IMG/VR virus record: IMGVR_UViG_3300034104_004745
Coordinates: 134,826 to 198,825 of that record
Source: a virus
Taxonomy: Duplodnaviria > Heunggongvirae > Uroviricota > Caudoviricetes
Reading direction: 5' to 3' (one strand)
DNA: 64,000 bases
Shown: positions 33,173 to 43,655 of the stretch, piece after piece
Numbering within the stretch: position 1 is the stretch's first letter
Layout: every line of letters begins with the position of its first letter
Position numbers and translations under genes: made by a program
The notes under the pieces: model-generated
The model's database searches: none
Told to the model about the DNA's origin: nothing
The model's input: only the letters and a program-made list of their open reading frames with translations

Positions 33173-34192
33173 TTATTTAATTTTAAATTTAATTATGTTT
33201 TTATTTTTTTCTTTTGTTGTTAATCTCATGAATGGGTTTAAGAATTTAATCCAGGCATCATCACTTTTAGGTAAAACTGTGAAAAGACCATCTTCTGTCA
33301 TCATTTTCATGACATTTTTATAAGAACGACCGTCTGAATCAAGTTTTTCGGTGATTAAAGAAGTAACACCCTCTTTAGCCTCATAGGTCAATATTGGATC
33401 ATCGAGACATACCATTCTATTATTAATATCAAAAAACTCATCCCCATATACACCTAACTTAGTTACCCCAGTAAGAAAATTAGCGATTAACTTGTTATGT
33501 TTATCAGCCTCAAATATTAAATTACCTTGATTCCTAACTTCACTTAAACTTAAATGACGAGTCTGCATTTCTGGGAAAAATGAGATTAATCTTTTAATGC
33601 CTAAGTTTTTAATTCCGTAAATATTATCTGACGGGTCTCCACAAAGTATTTTAACTAGTTTTACATTTTCAATAAGAATGTTTTCATGATCATATTCAAT
33701 CATGTCATTCTTTTTGTATACTTTTTTGTGAGCTGGGTTGTAAATGCTTACATTTTCATTTACTAACTGTGCTAGATCTCTATCTGAAGAATAGATTATC
33801 TTTTTTTCATTAGGGGAGTTTTGTGTGTAATAAGCGATGCAATCATCTGATTCACAATATTCGAATTCTCCTTGTCTAACATAGATTTCTTCTAAATATT
33901 GTTTAATTCTTGATCTTTGTCTTTGATACGAGTAAATTTCTTCGTCTGTCTTAATTCTTGTTTTTCTATTTTCCTTATATAGACTATATATTTTTTTTCT
34001 AGACTGACTACCATCTTTACCGTCCCAGAAGACCACGATCTTATCAAGCTGATAATTTTCAAATGATCTTCTGAGAGTATCGATAAAGTGGTATAAGCCA
34101 CCAAAATGCTGTCCTTTATAAAAATGGTTTTTTAAACCGTAGAAACCAATGGTTAATAAGTTGTCCCCATCAACCAATAATGTGTTAGACAT
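33173..34192 (-). CDS. 5'-3' exonuclease / flap endonuclease (T4 RNase H, PolA 5'-exo-like)
   Basis: LLVDGDNL, VFWDG, YKENR, ESDDCIA, SSDRDL, GDPSDNIYG. Confidence 0.9.
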   Translation of the reverse strand: MSNTLLVDGDNLLTIGFYGLKNHFYKGQHFGGLYHFIDTLRRSFENYQLDKIVVFWDGKDGSQSRKKIYSLYKENRKTRIKTDEEIYSYQRQRSRIKQYLEEIYVRQGEFEYCESDDCIAYYTQNSPNEKKIIYSSDRDLAQLVNENVSIYNPAHKKVYKKNDMIEYDHENILIENVKLVKILCGDPSDNIYGIKNLGIKRLISFFPEMQTRHLSLSEVRNQGNLIFEADKHNKLIANFLTGVTKLGVYGDEFFDINNRMVCLDDPILTYEAKEGVTSLITEKLDSDGRSYKNVMKMMTEDGLFTVLPKSDDAWIKFLNPFMRLTTKEKNKNIIKFKIK

Positions 34193-34219
34193 GTAGTCTA
34201 TTCTTTAATAGTTAAACAA

Positions 34220-35251
34220 TTAATCCTCGTTGACTTCTTCTGGTATTGGTTCGAATTTAATCTCATCAACATTATCTACCTTCTCATCAAATAATGAGCT
34301 GATATATACCAAATTGTCTTTTACATAATCCTCTCTAGATTTTTTCTCTTCTGCTGCTTCTTTTGCTCTCATAAATCCATGAGGTGTTACCATAATCTTA
34401 CCATCACCAAATTGAATACCATTAACGTGGTTCTTCATAACTGTAATCTTACTTCTTGTTGCGATAGTAACAGTTCTTTTATTCTTTGTGATAGAAATTT
34501 TTGTTGTTCCAGCATTCTTTTCGTTACCAAATCTGAATACTAATGTTGAATTTAACCAAATAGATTCACCACCTTTCGCTTTGATTTTAGGTTGACCAAA
34601 TGGATTATCTGGTAATTCAACCCAAGGCTGATTAACAATAATCAAAGTGTTTGTGTGATCTTTATCTGCTCTTCTTGAACCAGATATTCTTTGGTTAATT
34701 CCCATACCGATCTTGTCTGATAATACAGAAGCATTGTGTTGCTTACCGCCTTTACCTTCCCAAGTCATTTTACATGGTACAGAACCAACAGAATCCCAAA
34801 GGAATAGTAAATCATACGGTAACTCACCTTTTTCTTGTAAATCAAGCATTTCATTGATAAAATCAGTGATTTGTTCAATGTACTCGAAATCATTTTTAAA
34901 AATGAAATCTCCTGAATATGTGATTTCTCCAGTTGAATGGTCAATATCCTTTGTTACGGGAATACCCATAATAGAAGCATGGTCAAAATCAAATTTTTGT
35001 TCTGTGATAATAAAAATTGGTAGCATACCTTTTTTAATAGCATCAGCTGCTGCACCAAGTAAAGCTGTTGTTTTACCCGTATCTGAGTGACCTAAAAACA
35101 TATTGATGTGTCCTAGTGCAGGACCTGGTAATCCAGTAGCATCTAGAAAAGCATCACCCAAATCCAAGAAACGGTCTGGTTTATATGTTGTCTTGCTTGA
35201 ATATTTCGAAGCAAGTTGTGAAATTGAGAAATTTTGTTTCTTTATAGCCAT
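34220..35251 (-). CDS. recA: RecA/UvsX-like recombinase
   Basis: GHSDTGKT Walker A, WDSVG, IIVNQ, KGGESI, KNHV. Confidence 0.85.
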   Translation of the reverse strand: MAIKKQNFSISQLASKYSSKTTYKPDRFLDLGDAFLDATGLPGPALGHINMFLGHSDTGKTTALLGAAADAIKKGMLPIFIITEQKFDFDHASIMGIPVTKDIDHSTGEITYSGDFIFKNDFEYIEQITDFINEMLDLQEKGELPYDLLFLWDSVGSVPCKMTWEGKGGKQHNASVLSDKIGMGINQRISGSRRADKDHTNTLIIVNQPWVELPDNPFGQPKIKAKGGESIWLNSTLVFRFGNEKNAGTTKISITKNKRTVTIATRSKITVMKNHVNGIQFGDGKIMVTPHGFMRAKEAAEEKKSREDYVKDNLVYISSLFDEKVDNVDEIKFEPIPEEVNED

Positions 35252-35265
35252 ATTAATAATTTTTT

Positions 35266-35299
35266 AAAAAAGTGGGCTTTTGACGTTATCTCCAGCCCA
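35266..35299 (-). terminator. Possible intrinsic terminator after SSB gene
   Basis: TGGGCT...AGCCCA stem followed by T6; large loop. Confidence 0.55.
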
Positions 35300-35304
35300 T
35301 TGGA

Positions 35305-36153
35305 TTAGAACGGCAGATTTTCGTCTGCTTCTTCGTCTTCTTGAGGATCTTCAATCGGTGCAGCAACTGTTTGTGCTTTACCTACAATCACTTCTTCACC
35401 ACTAGCACCTGAGGACCATTTTTTGTTCTCAGAATCCCAAATTGGTGTTTCTCCTTTCGCAACCATTTCTAGATATTCTTCTGGCTTCTTAGAGTATACA
35501 TCTGACCAAGATAACTCATCATTAACCCAACCTTTTGCTACAGAATCATCTGTATGAAGTGGAGACGGGTCTTCAGGAATAATTGAATTGATTGTTGTAT
35601 ATTCCTTACCATTACCTGATTTTGTCAAGCTTAGGAATAATGTCAAATCTCTACCAGTTTGTAGATCGGTGATGTCACCTTTCTTTTGGAAAAGAGGGAA
35701 AATCTTATCTAAGATACCATCTTGCTTTCCGTTGTGCTTAAATCTCCAGAATTTAGGACCATCTTGTTCGTTATCACGATCAATAACTTTAACAATATAG
35801 AACTTCTTAGAACGATATTGACGGGCGTATTCTTTGTCCGCCTCAACACCGGTATTCATCAATACCTGATATACTTCATTCAATGGAGAACGCTTACCTT
35901 CTTGTTTTGGATCAAAAAGCTTTACCCATTTACCATCTACTTGGATTTCATGGAAATAAGCCTCTTTAAACGGTGTTGTGCCGTCAGCTGTAGGTAGGAT
36001 TCGAATTCTACGTTCTTCTCCTCTAGAACCTTTCGGTAAAACCGTTGTAAAATACTTTTTTAATCTGTCTTCGCTCGATACTTTGTTACCGTTTCCGCTT
36101 GCGGATTGCTTGTTTTTTTCGTACTGTGCAAGTACTGCGTCTACTGTGCTCAT
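35305..36153 (-). CDS. Single-stranded DNA-binding protein (T4 gp32-like)
   Basis: RIRILP, aromatic-rich OB-type core, acidic tail ending DENLPF; next to the recombinase. Confidence 0.8.
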   Translation of the reverse strand: MSTVDAVLAQYEKNKQSASGNGNKVSSEDRLKKYFTTVLPKGSRGEERRIRILPTADGTTPFKEAYFHEIQVDGKWVKLFDPKQEGKRSPLNEVYQVLMNTGVEADKEYARQYRSKKFYIVKVIDRDNEQDGPKFWRFKHNGKQDGILDKIFPLFQKKGDITDLQTGRDLTLFLSLTKSGNGKEYTTINSIIPEDPSPLHTDDSVAKGWVNDELSWSDVYSKKPEEYLEMVAKGETPIWDSENKKWSSGASGEEVIVGKAQTVAAPIEDPQEDEEADENLPF

Positions 36154-36190
36154 AATTTTTGTTTTAAATTGACAATAGTAAAATATAAAT

Positions 36191-36218
36191 AAAAAAACCC
36201 AGATTACAAAATCTGGGC
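36191..36218 (-). terminator. Intrinsic terminator
   Basis: GCCCAGATT-ttgt-AATCTGGGT followed by T run. Confidence 0.8.
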
Positions 36219-36248
36219 TAAAAATAATTTTAAAAAGTATGTAAAAAG

Positions 36249-36629
36249 TTACTCTAGGGTCAATAGATATGCTAATTTGTTGATTGAACCTAACATTTCA
36301 TCTCTAAGGTTTAAAAGGTCGGTATCTTTTTCTTTTGACAATTCCCCACTTAATCCTATAAGTCCGTTTTTAGCGGCTTGTAGAAATTCAACAATATTAA
36401 GATCTGTAAGATTCTTCATTTGAATGGTGTCGGTAGAGTTATCTAAAGTAAATCTACCATGTTTCCCCATACAAACTTCAACATATTCGTCAATAAGACC
36501 ACCTAAGGTACTATAAATTTCACCAAAAGCAATATGTCTAGCATAACCTTTGGTTTGCCAATGTAATATTTTAAATTGTAGCTGTAAACTTAAAAAAAAG
36601 TTTACATTAGAACTCAGGTTGTTGTTCAT
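36249..36629 (-). CDS. Ferritin/Dps-like four-helix protein
   Basis: LHWQTKGYARHIAFGEIY...IDEYVE...LLNLRDEMLGSINKLAYLL. Confidence 0.7.
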   Translation of the reverse strand: MNNNLSSNVNFFLSLQLQFKILHWQTKGYARHIAFGEIYSTLGGLIDEYVEVCMGKHGRFTLDNSTDTIQMKNLTDLNIVEFLQAAKNGLIGLSGELSKEKDTDLLNLRDEMLGSINKLAYLLTLE

Positions 36630-37251
36630 CTTGATATGGATTAAAGCTCTTCACTAAATGCTCTTTTGAATAGTTTTCAACTTCATTTTTTGTTAAAACG
36701 TATTCATTTTTACCACTAGCTCTCATTTCTTCTTGTTTATGGGTAAAAAACTCTTGGGGTTTCTGGCTAAAAGGATATGAATCCAATGAGCGCATTTCTA
36801 ATTTTTCTTCTGGGGTTGGTGGCTTCATACCTTCAACTTTTGAACCCAACTGATCAATTTTAGTTAAAATCGCATCCATATTACCTAATTTAGATTCTAG
36901 ATCATCTAGTTTACTAAACACGGTATCCATTTTTTGAATTACACCGTCATGTTCCATTTTAGAACTTTCTAATTCATTCTTGATGTTTTTAGTCATATTA
37001 ACTAAATCTGTAACATCAACTTCTTCAGTTTCACTCATTTCTGGGCTGTCTGGTAATGGTGCTGCTGGTGCGTCCATTCCTGGTGCATCTACTGGTGGCA
37101 TATCTCCTGCAGGTGCAGGTGGCATATCTCCTGCAGGTGCAGGTGGTAGTGGTGCAGGTTCAGCTTGCTCATTAATTAGATAATGCTTAGCAGCATTTCT
37201 GTTGATTTCTCTAAATCTGTTTACTTCCTGTATAAGTTTTTGTTCTAACAT
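36607..37251 (-). CDS. Pro-rich/acidic coiled-coil protein (possible head or scaffold-associated); likely start 37251
   Basis: MLEQKLIQEVNRFREIN..., PAPAGDMP repeats, heptad region; this start avoids overlap with 37256..37453. Confidence 0.6.
   Translation of the reverse strand: MLEQKLIQEVNRFREINRNAAKHYLINEQAEPAPLPPAPAGDMPPAPAGDMPPVDAPGMDAPAAPLPDSPEMSETEEVDVTDLVNMTKNIKNELESSKMEHDGVIQKMDTVFSKLDDLESKLGNMDAILTKIDQLGSKVEGMKPPTPEEKLEMRSLDSYPFSQKPQEFFTHKQEEMRASGKNEYVLTKNEVENYSKEHLVKSFNPYQDEQQPEF
37094..37141. repeat. Perfect 24-bp tandem duplication (coding)
   Basis: ggtggcatatctcctgcaggtgca x2. Confidence 0.95.
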
Positions 37252-37255
37252 AGTA

Positions 37256-37453
37256 TTAGTCTTGTAATAATTGTCTACCGTCTTCGGTAATGTATTTTTT
37301 ATTAATTCTTTCAACGATTCCGTCTTTGGATCTGATTACATAACATTCTCCAGTTTGTAAATCACATTCTTCTCTTTCCATTTTATCATTTGATACCGTT
37401 CTTGTCATTTTGGGTTCTAAGAATTGATCAACTGCTCTGTTTAACTTTTCCAT
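37256..37453 (-). CDS. Small hypothetical protein (ECDLQTGEC)
   Basis: Own TATTTATA motif upstream; abuts the next gene. Confidence 0.65.
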   Translation of the reverse strand: MEKLNRAVDQFLEPKMTRTVSNDKMEREECDLQTGECYVIRSKDGIVERINKKYITEDGRQLLQD

Positions 37454-37504
37454 AGTGTTAAATTATATACCTATAAATACATCAATATTTATCTTTTTCT
37501 TTAT

Positions 37505-40500
37505 TTATATCTTAATATACTTGATATATACCACATCCCCTTCTACTAATTTTAATTTTCTCATCAATGTTGGGCTAAGCGCAACACCAAACTTACCATA
37601 TGTTGCATCAGTAATACTTGGTCCATTATGAATTGGACCCTCAAACAATCCAGCATTAGGGTCTACACGTGTTTCTAATTTATATTCAGTACCAGATTTT
37701 GGTGAATAGAAAACCGTATCATACCCAAAAATAGTTTCTTTATTTTTGTTTGTTACATTTGCTCTGATTGAATAGTTCTCATACAGTTCATTAATATTAG
37801 AAAGTTTAATAATCTTATTAGGATATGCTTTCCAAGAACTTACAAGTGATAAATCAGCTGGTGAACTATCTTTTATTGGGGTGTATTTACCTGCACCAAG
37901 AACACAAACTTTAGTTCTTAACCATTCTTCATTCTTATGTGTAATTAATTGAATATATTGTTCAGGTTTACCATCTATTTGTTGACCATTGTATGGAATT
38001 AAATCTGTAAACAAGAAACCGGATTTCTTAATTATATTATTTAAATCTTCCCCTCTTTCAGGTGCCCCAGGATCTATTGTAAATGATTTATTGTCTGGTG
38101 TTGTTAGTGTTTTAACGGTTGTCTGTGCTTGATTTGCTTGTTGCTTTTTCTTAACCGCAGCAGAAAGTATTCTACTAAATAACGGTCTATAACTAGACAT
38201 AAAGCTATTTTCAAGTGTAGGTAATGAACTACTTGAAATCCTAACCCCCGTAAATGTGGTTTCAAAGGTACCTTGTTTTATCGAGTGACTAACATCGAAT
38301 ACAAGGTATGTGCCCATAAACATAGGCACATTCGCCAAATAAAAATACATGGTTGGTTGTATCATTGCATTACCCATACACGTAACAGTACATTGATATG
38401 ATGCTGTCTTATAAATGTCAAATAACCCAATATCTACCGAATGGCTACCACCACCACCTTGTGATCTAGCCAATCTTTCTTGTGCTAAAGCACTTTCGGT
38501 TGTGTTTTTATATGTGCTTTGATCTAATGAAATGTTTTTAAATATGTTTTGTGCTTGATCACCAAAATTTATCTCAAATGAAACAACCCTATTAGATTTA
38601 GATAAATCTGCTTCCATGAATATTTTTGGTTCAATAAGAAGCGGATTGTTATTTGGATTTTTAATATCAAATCCATCATTTTTAAATTTATATTCCTTGC
38701 TGACTCTAGTCATATCTAGGTACTGAGATGTTTTGTTAATATATTGAAGAATAATCTTTGGTGAAGATTCTTGATAATCAACATCTAAGTGTGTTCCAAA
38801 TAATGTTTTAGCAATATTCTTTGATGGTAATATTTTCTTTTTGTTTCCAGAATTAGTCCCATAGAAATTAACATAAGCCGGTAAAGGTCTTAGATCAAAA
38901 TTAGTCCCCTGAATTAACAATGAAATAGCGCTATATAAATCTATTTTAATATTTTTCTCGTCCGCTAATGAAATTAAACGTTCTAAACTAATATACGCTT
39001 CATCACCAATATCTCTATTGGCTCTATCTAAAAATAGAAATTCATCCATTAAACTTCTTTGACCAATAGCATTACCTGATATCCACTTGTCATTAAATGA
39101 TTTAAAAAATTGATACAAGTCTAGTAAAGTTGTTTTTACTTCATTAAATCCGTGATATATTGTTACTTTACCTTGATTTGTTTCTTCTTTTAGTTCTGAG
39201 AATTTCCTAATTAAATTACCTAAATAAATTTCTAATCTATTAATTTGTGGTAAAACCAATTTAGATTCTAGATAATTTTTAAAATCAGTATAGTTAGGGA
39301 AGAAGCCTGGGCTATCTTGTTTTTGAGATTTAACCCATCCAGCATATATTCTAGCTAATTCTCTATGTTCATATATGTTTTCTGGTGTTACTTCAATATC
39401 ACTTATTTGGAAAAAATGATGATATAAATTACTACTAATACCACTATAAGTTGCTCCTGTAATATTTTGACCAATATATAATTCAATTAGTTTTTGATTA
39501 GCTGTTGTTAATTGTGATACATTGTATGGATTTACAACATACGTTTTTGTTCTACCAACATACCCAAATAAGACATAGTTATCGATTTGTCTTGGGTTAC
39601 CAATCGTTACTTTATCTAATGCTCTAGTACTTAAAAGTTGATTTGTTAACTCTTCTAGTTTTTTAGTTTGGTTTTCTTTTATTTTAAGCTCATAACTATC
39701 AGTATTGAAATCAATCCCATCTTTAGATATACTAGTTATTTCTTTTAATAAACTTTGAAAAGAACTATAATCAATTGTTTCTCTTTTTGTGTCTAAGTCT
39801 AAATCAAGTGACGCAAACTCAATAAACATTTTTTCAAATTCATCTAAGATGTCTGGGCTGAAAACAGCAATTAAATCCATTACACGTTTTTTATTACCGT
39901 TTAATGAAAATTCACCATTAATATTTTCAAACTTCTCACCATAGTTAGGAAAGTATGCCGTAGAGTACGAAGGATTTGTTTTTAAATTATTAGTATCATA
40001 TACAATTCTAAAAGAATCTTGTGTTAAACTATTAAAATTATTAACAATATCGTCAATTTGATTTGCATTAAACGATGGTAATACCGTATAACGATTGTCT
40101 TTTGATGAAAACTTAGAATTATCAACTAAACAAGTAAATGTGTTACCAGAATTATTGGTTGGTTTTGATATTACAAATTTAGTTATTCCGGAAGTTACAG
40201 ATGCAGAATATTGAGCAGCCGAAATTACCGCTAAAGGTAAATTAAATAACCCAAGACTTTCTGTTTTTGTAAAACCTTCAGGATTATAAAAACTATAACC
40301 ATTAACAATTTGTGAATATAGCCCATGATAATAAGGGTATAATCCAGTATATAAATTACTATTATATGTTGCCCCTGTTATTGTGTTTGTTATTCCGGTT
40401 TGATTTGGTGTTGTGTTTCCAGTTAAATTAAATAAAACGTTTTTACCGTTATCAAAAAATGTCGAACCACTAATAGGAATAGTCGCACCACTTATTATAT

Positions 40501-43345
40501 CAACATTATCAACTAGATATCTTTTATATCTATGATATTGAGCTCCCCATTTTAAAACTAAATGGTGAGGAATATAATGTGTTGCACCCACTTCTTTAAG
40601 TAATGCGAACATAAATGTTTTTTTACCATCAAATTCTATAACATCTTGTAGGTCTTTATATGGTAATGAATTTAATAAAATATATGCAGAACCAACATAT
40701 CTACCTTCAGAACCACCCTTTAAAAAATCATCATATAATTGTTTGTGAAAATATGGTGTGTTTAATAAATTTCTACTGAAAGTATCATACTTTATTTGGT
40801 TAGTAAATAAGTTTTTTTCATATTCTTTCTTAATCCAAGCTTTTGCATTAATTGGTGAACTAATAAAATTATCATCTTGATTAACACTAAAAATTCCTTT
40901 ATAACCAATAGCTGAACCACCACCAAACACATTTGCAATTAAATTACGGGAAACATATGAACCATATAAATCAGAATTAAAAGGAAACTCTTTTACTCTA
41001 TATTCTGGTATAACATATGAATCTAAAGCAGACTGTAATTTTTCAAACTCATTATCTTTTAACCCATTTGATTGTGGTATTGAAGTGTAGTTTTCAATTT
41101 TAAAATCGCTATCTGTAATGTTTTTAATATATTCAACCGTCGATAATTGATCTTGGAAATATGGAAATCTTTCCTTTTCTGCAAAATCTTTTAATGCTTT
41201 AGTTAAATTTGCAGTGCTTGTAATTTTAGTGTTTAATAAAGCCCTAATATCTGGATCATTTTTTGTTGACCCACTAATATTTTTAAACTCATTTTTTACT
41301 ATCTCATCTAAACCTTTACCATATTCAAAAGTATCAAAAGATGTTATTAGTTTAGCTCTCTCAAATATTTCATACAAAACATTTGAAATAGATTTATCTA
41401 TATATGGTGTTAATAATGTAGTTTTTAATGCTGAGCTAACATTATATGTTTGTTTTGTTTCTTCATCTTTATCAAAAACATAAAGAATTTCAGATGGTGA
41501 TATTTCTTTAGCTGTTCCAGGATCTATTCTTTTAACAGCGACACTGTTATATGTTTCAACAAATTCAACCTCTGGCCAAACATTATAATCATTACCTTTT
41601 GTTAATCCAATAATATCAGGATCTGCTGGGTAAAAAAATGTTGGCTTATCGTCTTTTCCATTCTTCTTAACTTCTGGCCAAGGATAAATAACTTCTTTTC
41701 GATCATCCGATGCTTTGAATTTTATTTCTGATTCCCTTAAATTAGATTTTTGTATTGCTTTATTATGTACATCTTTCATTAATCTGATGTACGTATCAGC
41801 GTTTGCTAAAATAACAGCAAATACATTCCTTATTGTTGGTTTAAATCCAAATCCAAGACTATCTGTTTGAATTACTTGGTTCATTTTTGCTTCAACAGCA
41901 TTTTCAACTTCGTCTCTTTGAGTAATAAAGGTGTTTTGAATTATTTTAATTTTATTAACAAGCTTTTCATTTGAAACAATTATTTGCCCGTTACTTATTT
42001 TATAAAAATCACCAATATTTTTTACTGAGTCAATTGCAATTGTTTTTGTTTCAATACCATTTTTTAACTTTTCTTTTGGTTTTGCTCCAAATGCTAAATT
42101 TTTTTCTAGTTCATTAGTATAATATTTTACTATTGAAGCTAACGAATTACTGGTTGTTGCCCCTGTAATAATATCAAGATTTAATGGCCCCTTTGTTACT
42201 TTTGTACTGTCATTGGTTACCTTATTTAATCTATAATAATTTACTGTTGCACCAGTTTCTGATCCAAAAAATGGTATCACTTCAAAATCAGGTGCTGGAT
42301 CTTCTTTTGTAAGGTATCTAGAACCCCATGAAATAATTGATTTTTCAAACTTATCTAATGTTTTATCGAATTGTGCAACGTCACTTAAAACAGTTGGTTC
42401 TATTGTTTGTGAAAATAACTCTTTTTCAATTATTGTGTCCAGCGCAGTTGCTGTCATTAATAAATCTCTGAGTGTTTTTACTGGGAAATTTTTGTCTATA
42501 TAACCTTTAGCAATATATTCATCATAAACTGATTTTAATATCGAATATCCTTTAGTTGATTTAGAAACCTTTTTTTCTACAAATCCTGTTTTTTCATTTA
42601 ACTTAAGATTTTCAGGTTTTTCAACCATATACATAAAAGGTGCATTTATAATATTCTGTAATAGAATATCATTTAAAAACGCGTAACTTGAACCTGTGAA
42701 TTTTGTGGTTATTTCAAAATTACCAGTGTTGCCATTAAATTTAGATTTAAAATCAATTAATTGAAGTCTATATCTAATTGCTTTACCATAAAACCCTTTA
42801 ACCGTTAAATAAAATATTGGCCAAGGTTGGTGAAAAAAAGCTTTATATGGTGAATTGTCCGGTGCATCAAATAATGTCTTTCCTCTAACATCAATAAAAT
42901 TAATACCAACTTGAGGGATATTATTAGCCCCCTTAACAGTAATATTAATTGATTCTATACCAAAGGTTTGTGCAGAAGGATCATATGTAACACCTTCACC
43001 GGTTGTTCTACTTGTTGCTATATTATTATTAGAAACAAATGTTTCAGTCCAATTGGTATCAAAATTATTTTCAAATTCGTTTGCTGAATTTTGATTTCTT
43101 AATAAATTAAAACTACCCTCAGCAATAGATGTTAATGTATTTGTTTGAGACTCAGAATATAGTACGCTTCTTGGTACCAAATCGGCTTCAAGATTAACAT
43201 ACATTACAAGGTTTTCGTGATCAATAAATCTAGGCTGTAAATCTCCAGATGAGGACACTACGGTATTAGGATCAATATGTACAATGTTTTGTTGATCTAC
43301 TAATACTAATATGTTTTCATTCTGATTAAGTTGATTATTCGCCAT
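37505..43345 (-). CDS. Very large baseplate hub-like protein
   Basis: FGIESINIT...INFIDVRGKTLF N-terminus and YQCTVTCMGNAMIQP...GTYLVFDVSHSI...FETTFTGVR, typical of gp27/gpD-type hub folds; follows the gp53-like gene. Confidence 0.65.
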   Translation of the reverse strand: MANNQLNQNENILVLVDQQNIVHIDPNTVVSSSGDLQPRFIDHENLVMYVNLEADLVPRSVLYSESQTNTLTSIAEGSFNLLRNQNSANEFENNFDTNWTETFVSNNNIATSRTTGEGVTYDPSAQTFGIESINITVKGANNIPQVGINFIDVRGKTLFDAPDNSPYKAFFHQPWPIFYLTVKGFYGKAIRYRLQLIDFKSKFNGNTGNFEITTKFTGSSYAFLNDILLQNIINAPFMYMVEKPENLKLNEKTGFVEKKVSKSTKGYSILKSVYDEYIAKGYIDKNFPVKTLRDLLMTATALDTIIEKELFSQTIEPTVLSDVAQFDKTLDKFEKSIISWGSRYLTKEDPAPDFEVIPFFGSETGATVNYYRLNKVTNDSTKVTKGPLNLDIITGATTSNSLASIVKYYTNELEKNLAFGAKPKEKLKNGIETKTIAIDSVKNIGDFYKISNGQIIVSNEKLVNKIKIIQNTFITQRDEVENAVEAKMNQVIQTDSLGFGFKPTIRNVFAVILANADTYIRLMKDVHNKAIQKSNLRESEIKFKASDDRKEVIYPWPEVKKNGKDDKPTFFYPADPDIIGLTKGNDYNVWPEVEFVETYNSVAVKRIDPGTAKEISPSEILYVFDKDEETKQTYNVSSALKTTLLTPYIDKSISNVLYEIFERAKLITSFDTFEYGKGLDEIVKNEFKNISGSTKNDPDIRALLNTKITSTANLTKALKDFAEKERFPYFQDQLSTVEYIKNITDSDFKIENYTSIPQSNGLKDNEFEKLQSALDSYVIPEYRVKEFPFNSDLYGSYVSRNLIANVFGGGSAIGYKGIFSVNQDDNFISSPINAKAWIKKEYEKNLFTNQIKYDTFSRNLLNTPYFHKQLYDDFLKGGSEGRYVGSAYILLNSLPYKDLQDVIEFDGKKTFMFALLKEVGATHYIPHHLVLKWGAQYHRYKRYLVDNVDIISGATIPISGSTFFDNGKNVLFNLTGNTTPNQTGITNTITGATYNSNLYTGLYPYYHGLYSQIVNGYSFYNPEGFTKTESLGLFNLPLAVISAAQYSASVTSGITKFVISKPTNNSGNTFTCLVDNSKFSSKDNRYTVLPSFNANQIDDIVNNFNSLTQDSFRIVYDTNNLKTNPSYSTAYFPNYGEKFENINGEFSLNGNKKRVMDLIAVFSPDILDEFEKMFIEFASLDLDLDTKRETIDYSSFQSLLKEITSISKDGIDFNTDSYELKIKENQTKKLEELTNQLLSTRALDKVTIGNPRQIDNYVLFGYVGRTKTYVVNPYNVSQLTTANQKLIELYIGQNITGATYSGISSNLYHHFFQISDIEVTPENIYEHRELARIYAGWVKSQKQDSPGFFPNYTDFKNYLESKLVLPQINRLEIYLGNLIRKFSELKEETNQGKVTIYHGFNEVKTTLLDLYQFFKSFNDKWISGNAIGQRSLMDEFLFLDRANRDIGDEAYISLERLISLADEKNIKIDLYSAISLLIQGTNFDLRPLPAYVNFYGTNSGNKKKILPSKNIAKTLFGTHLDVDYQESSPKIILQYINKTSQYLDMTRVSKEYKFKNDGFDIKNPNNNPLLIEPKIFMEADLSKSNRVVSFEINFGDQAQNIFKNISLDQSTYKNTTESALAQERLARSQGGGGSHSVDIGLFDIYKTASYQCTVTCMGNAMIQPTMYFYLANVPMFMGTYLVFDVSHSIKQGTFETTFTGVRISSSSLPTLENSFMSSYRPLFSRILSAAVKKKQQANQAQTTVKTLTTPDNKSFTIDPGAPERGEDLNNIIKKSGFLFTDLIPYNGQQIDGKPEQYIQLITHKNEEWLRTKVCVLGAGKYTPIKDSSPADLSLVSSWKAYPNKIIKLSNINELYENYSIRANVTNKNKETIFGYDTVFYSPKSGTEYKLETRVDPNAGLFEGPIHNGPSITDATYGKFGVALSPTLMRKLKLVEGDVVYIKYIKI

Positions 43346-43655
43346 AATATAGTCTATACAATTCTACGCCCTTTTTATAATCTTGTAAAGAATTAACCAA
43401 AGGAAAAGGTATTCTAACAATCGAATTATCAGGAATTTCAAATTCTACTGAACCTAATTTAGGATTTGCTGTCATTATTAACCAACTGAATAATGGTGTA
43501 CCATAATATTCTTGTGATATTTTATCCAAACGGTCTTTCCCCTTTTTGTACTTAAAGAATTTGTCCGTTGACTTTTGTGGAATTTCTATACCAGGAACGA
43601 TTTTATGTTCGCCGTCCTCCAAAAAATAGTCATATCTATTAAAATATTGATTCAT
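43335..43655 (-). CDS. LysM-like baseplate protein (T4 gp53 / P2 gpX-like)
   Basis: DRLDKISQEYYGTPLFSWLIMTANP...IVRIP. Confidence 0.85.
   Translation of the reverse strand: MNQYFNRYDYFLEDGEHKIVPGIEIPQKSTDKFFKYKKGKDRLDKISQEYYGTPLFSWLIMTANPKLGSVEFEIPDNSIVRIPFPLVNSLQDYKKGVELYRLYYGE

Noticed and set aside
37252-37314. Longer start for 36607..37314
   Set aside because: Overlaps the 65-aa upstream gene; ATG at 37251 fits the gene packing
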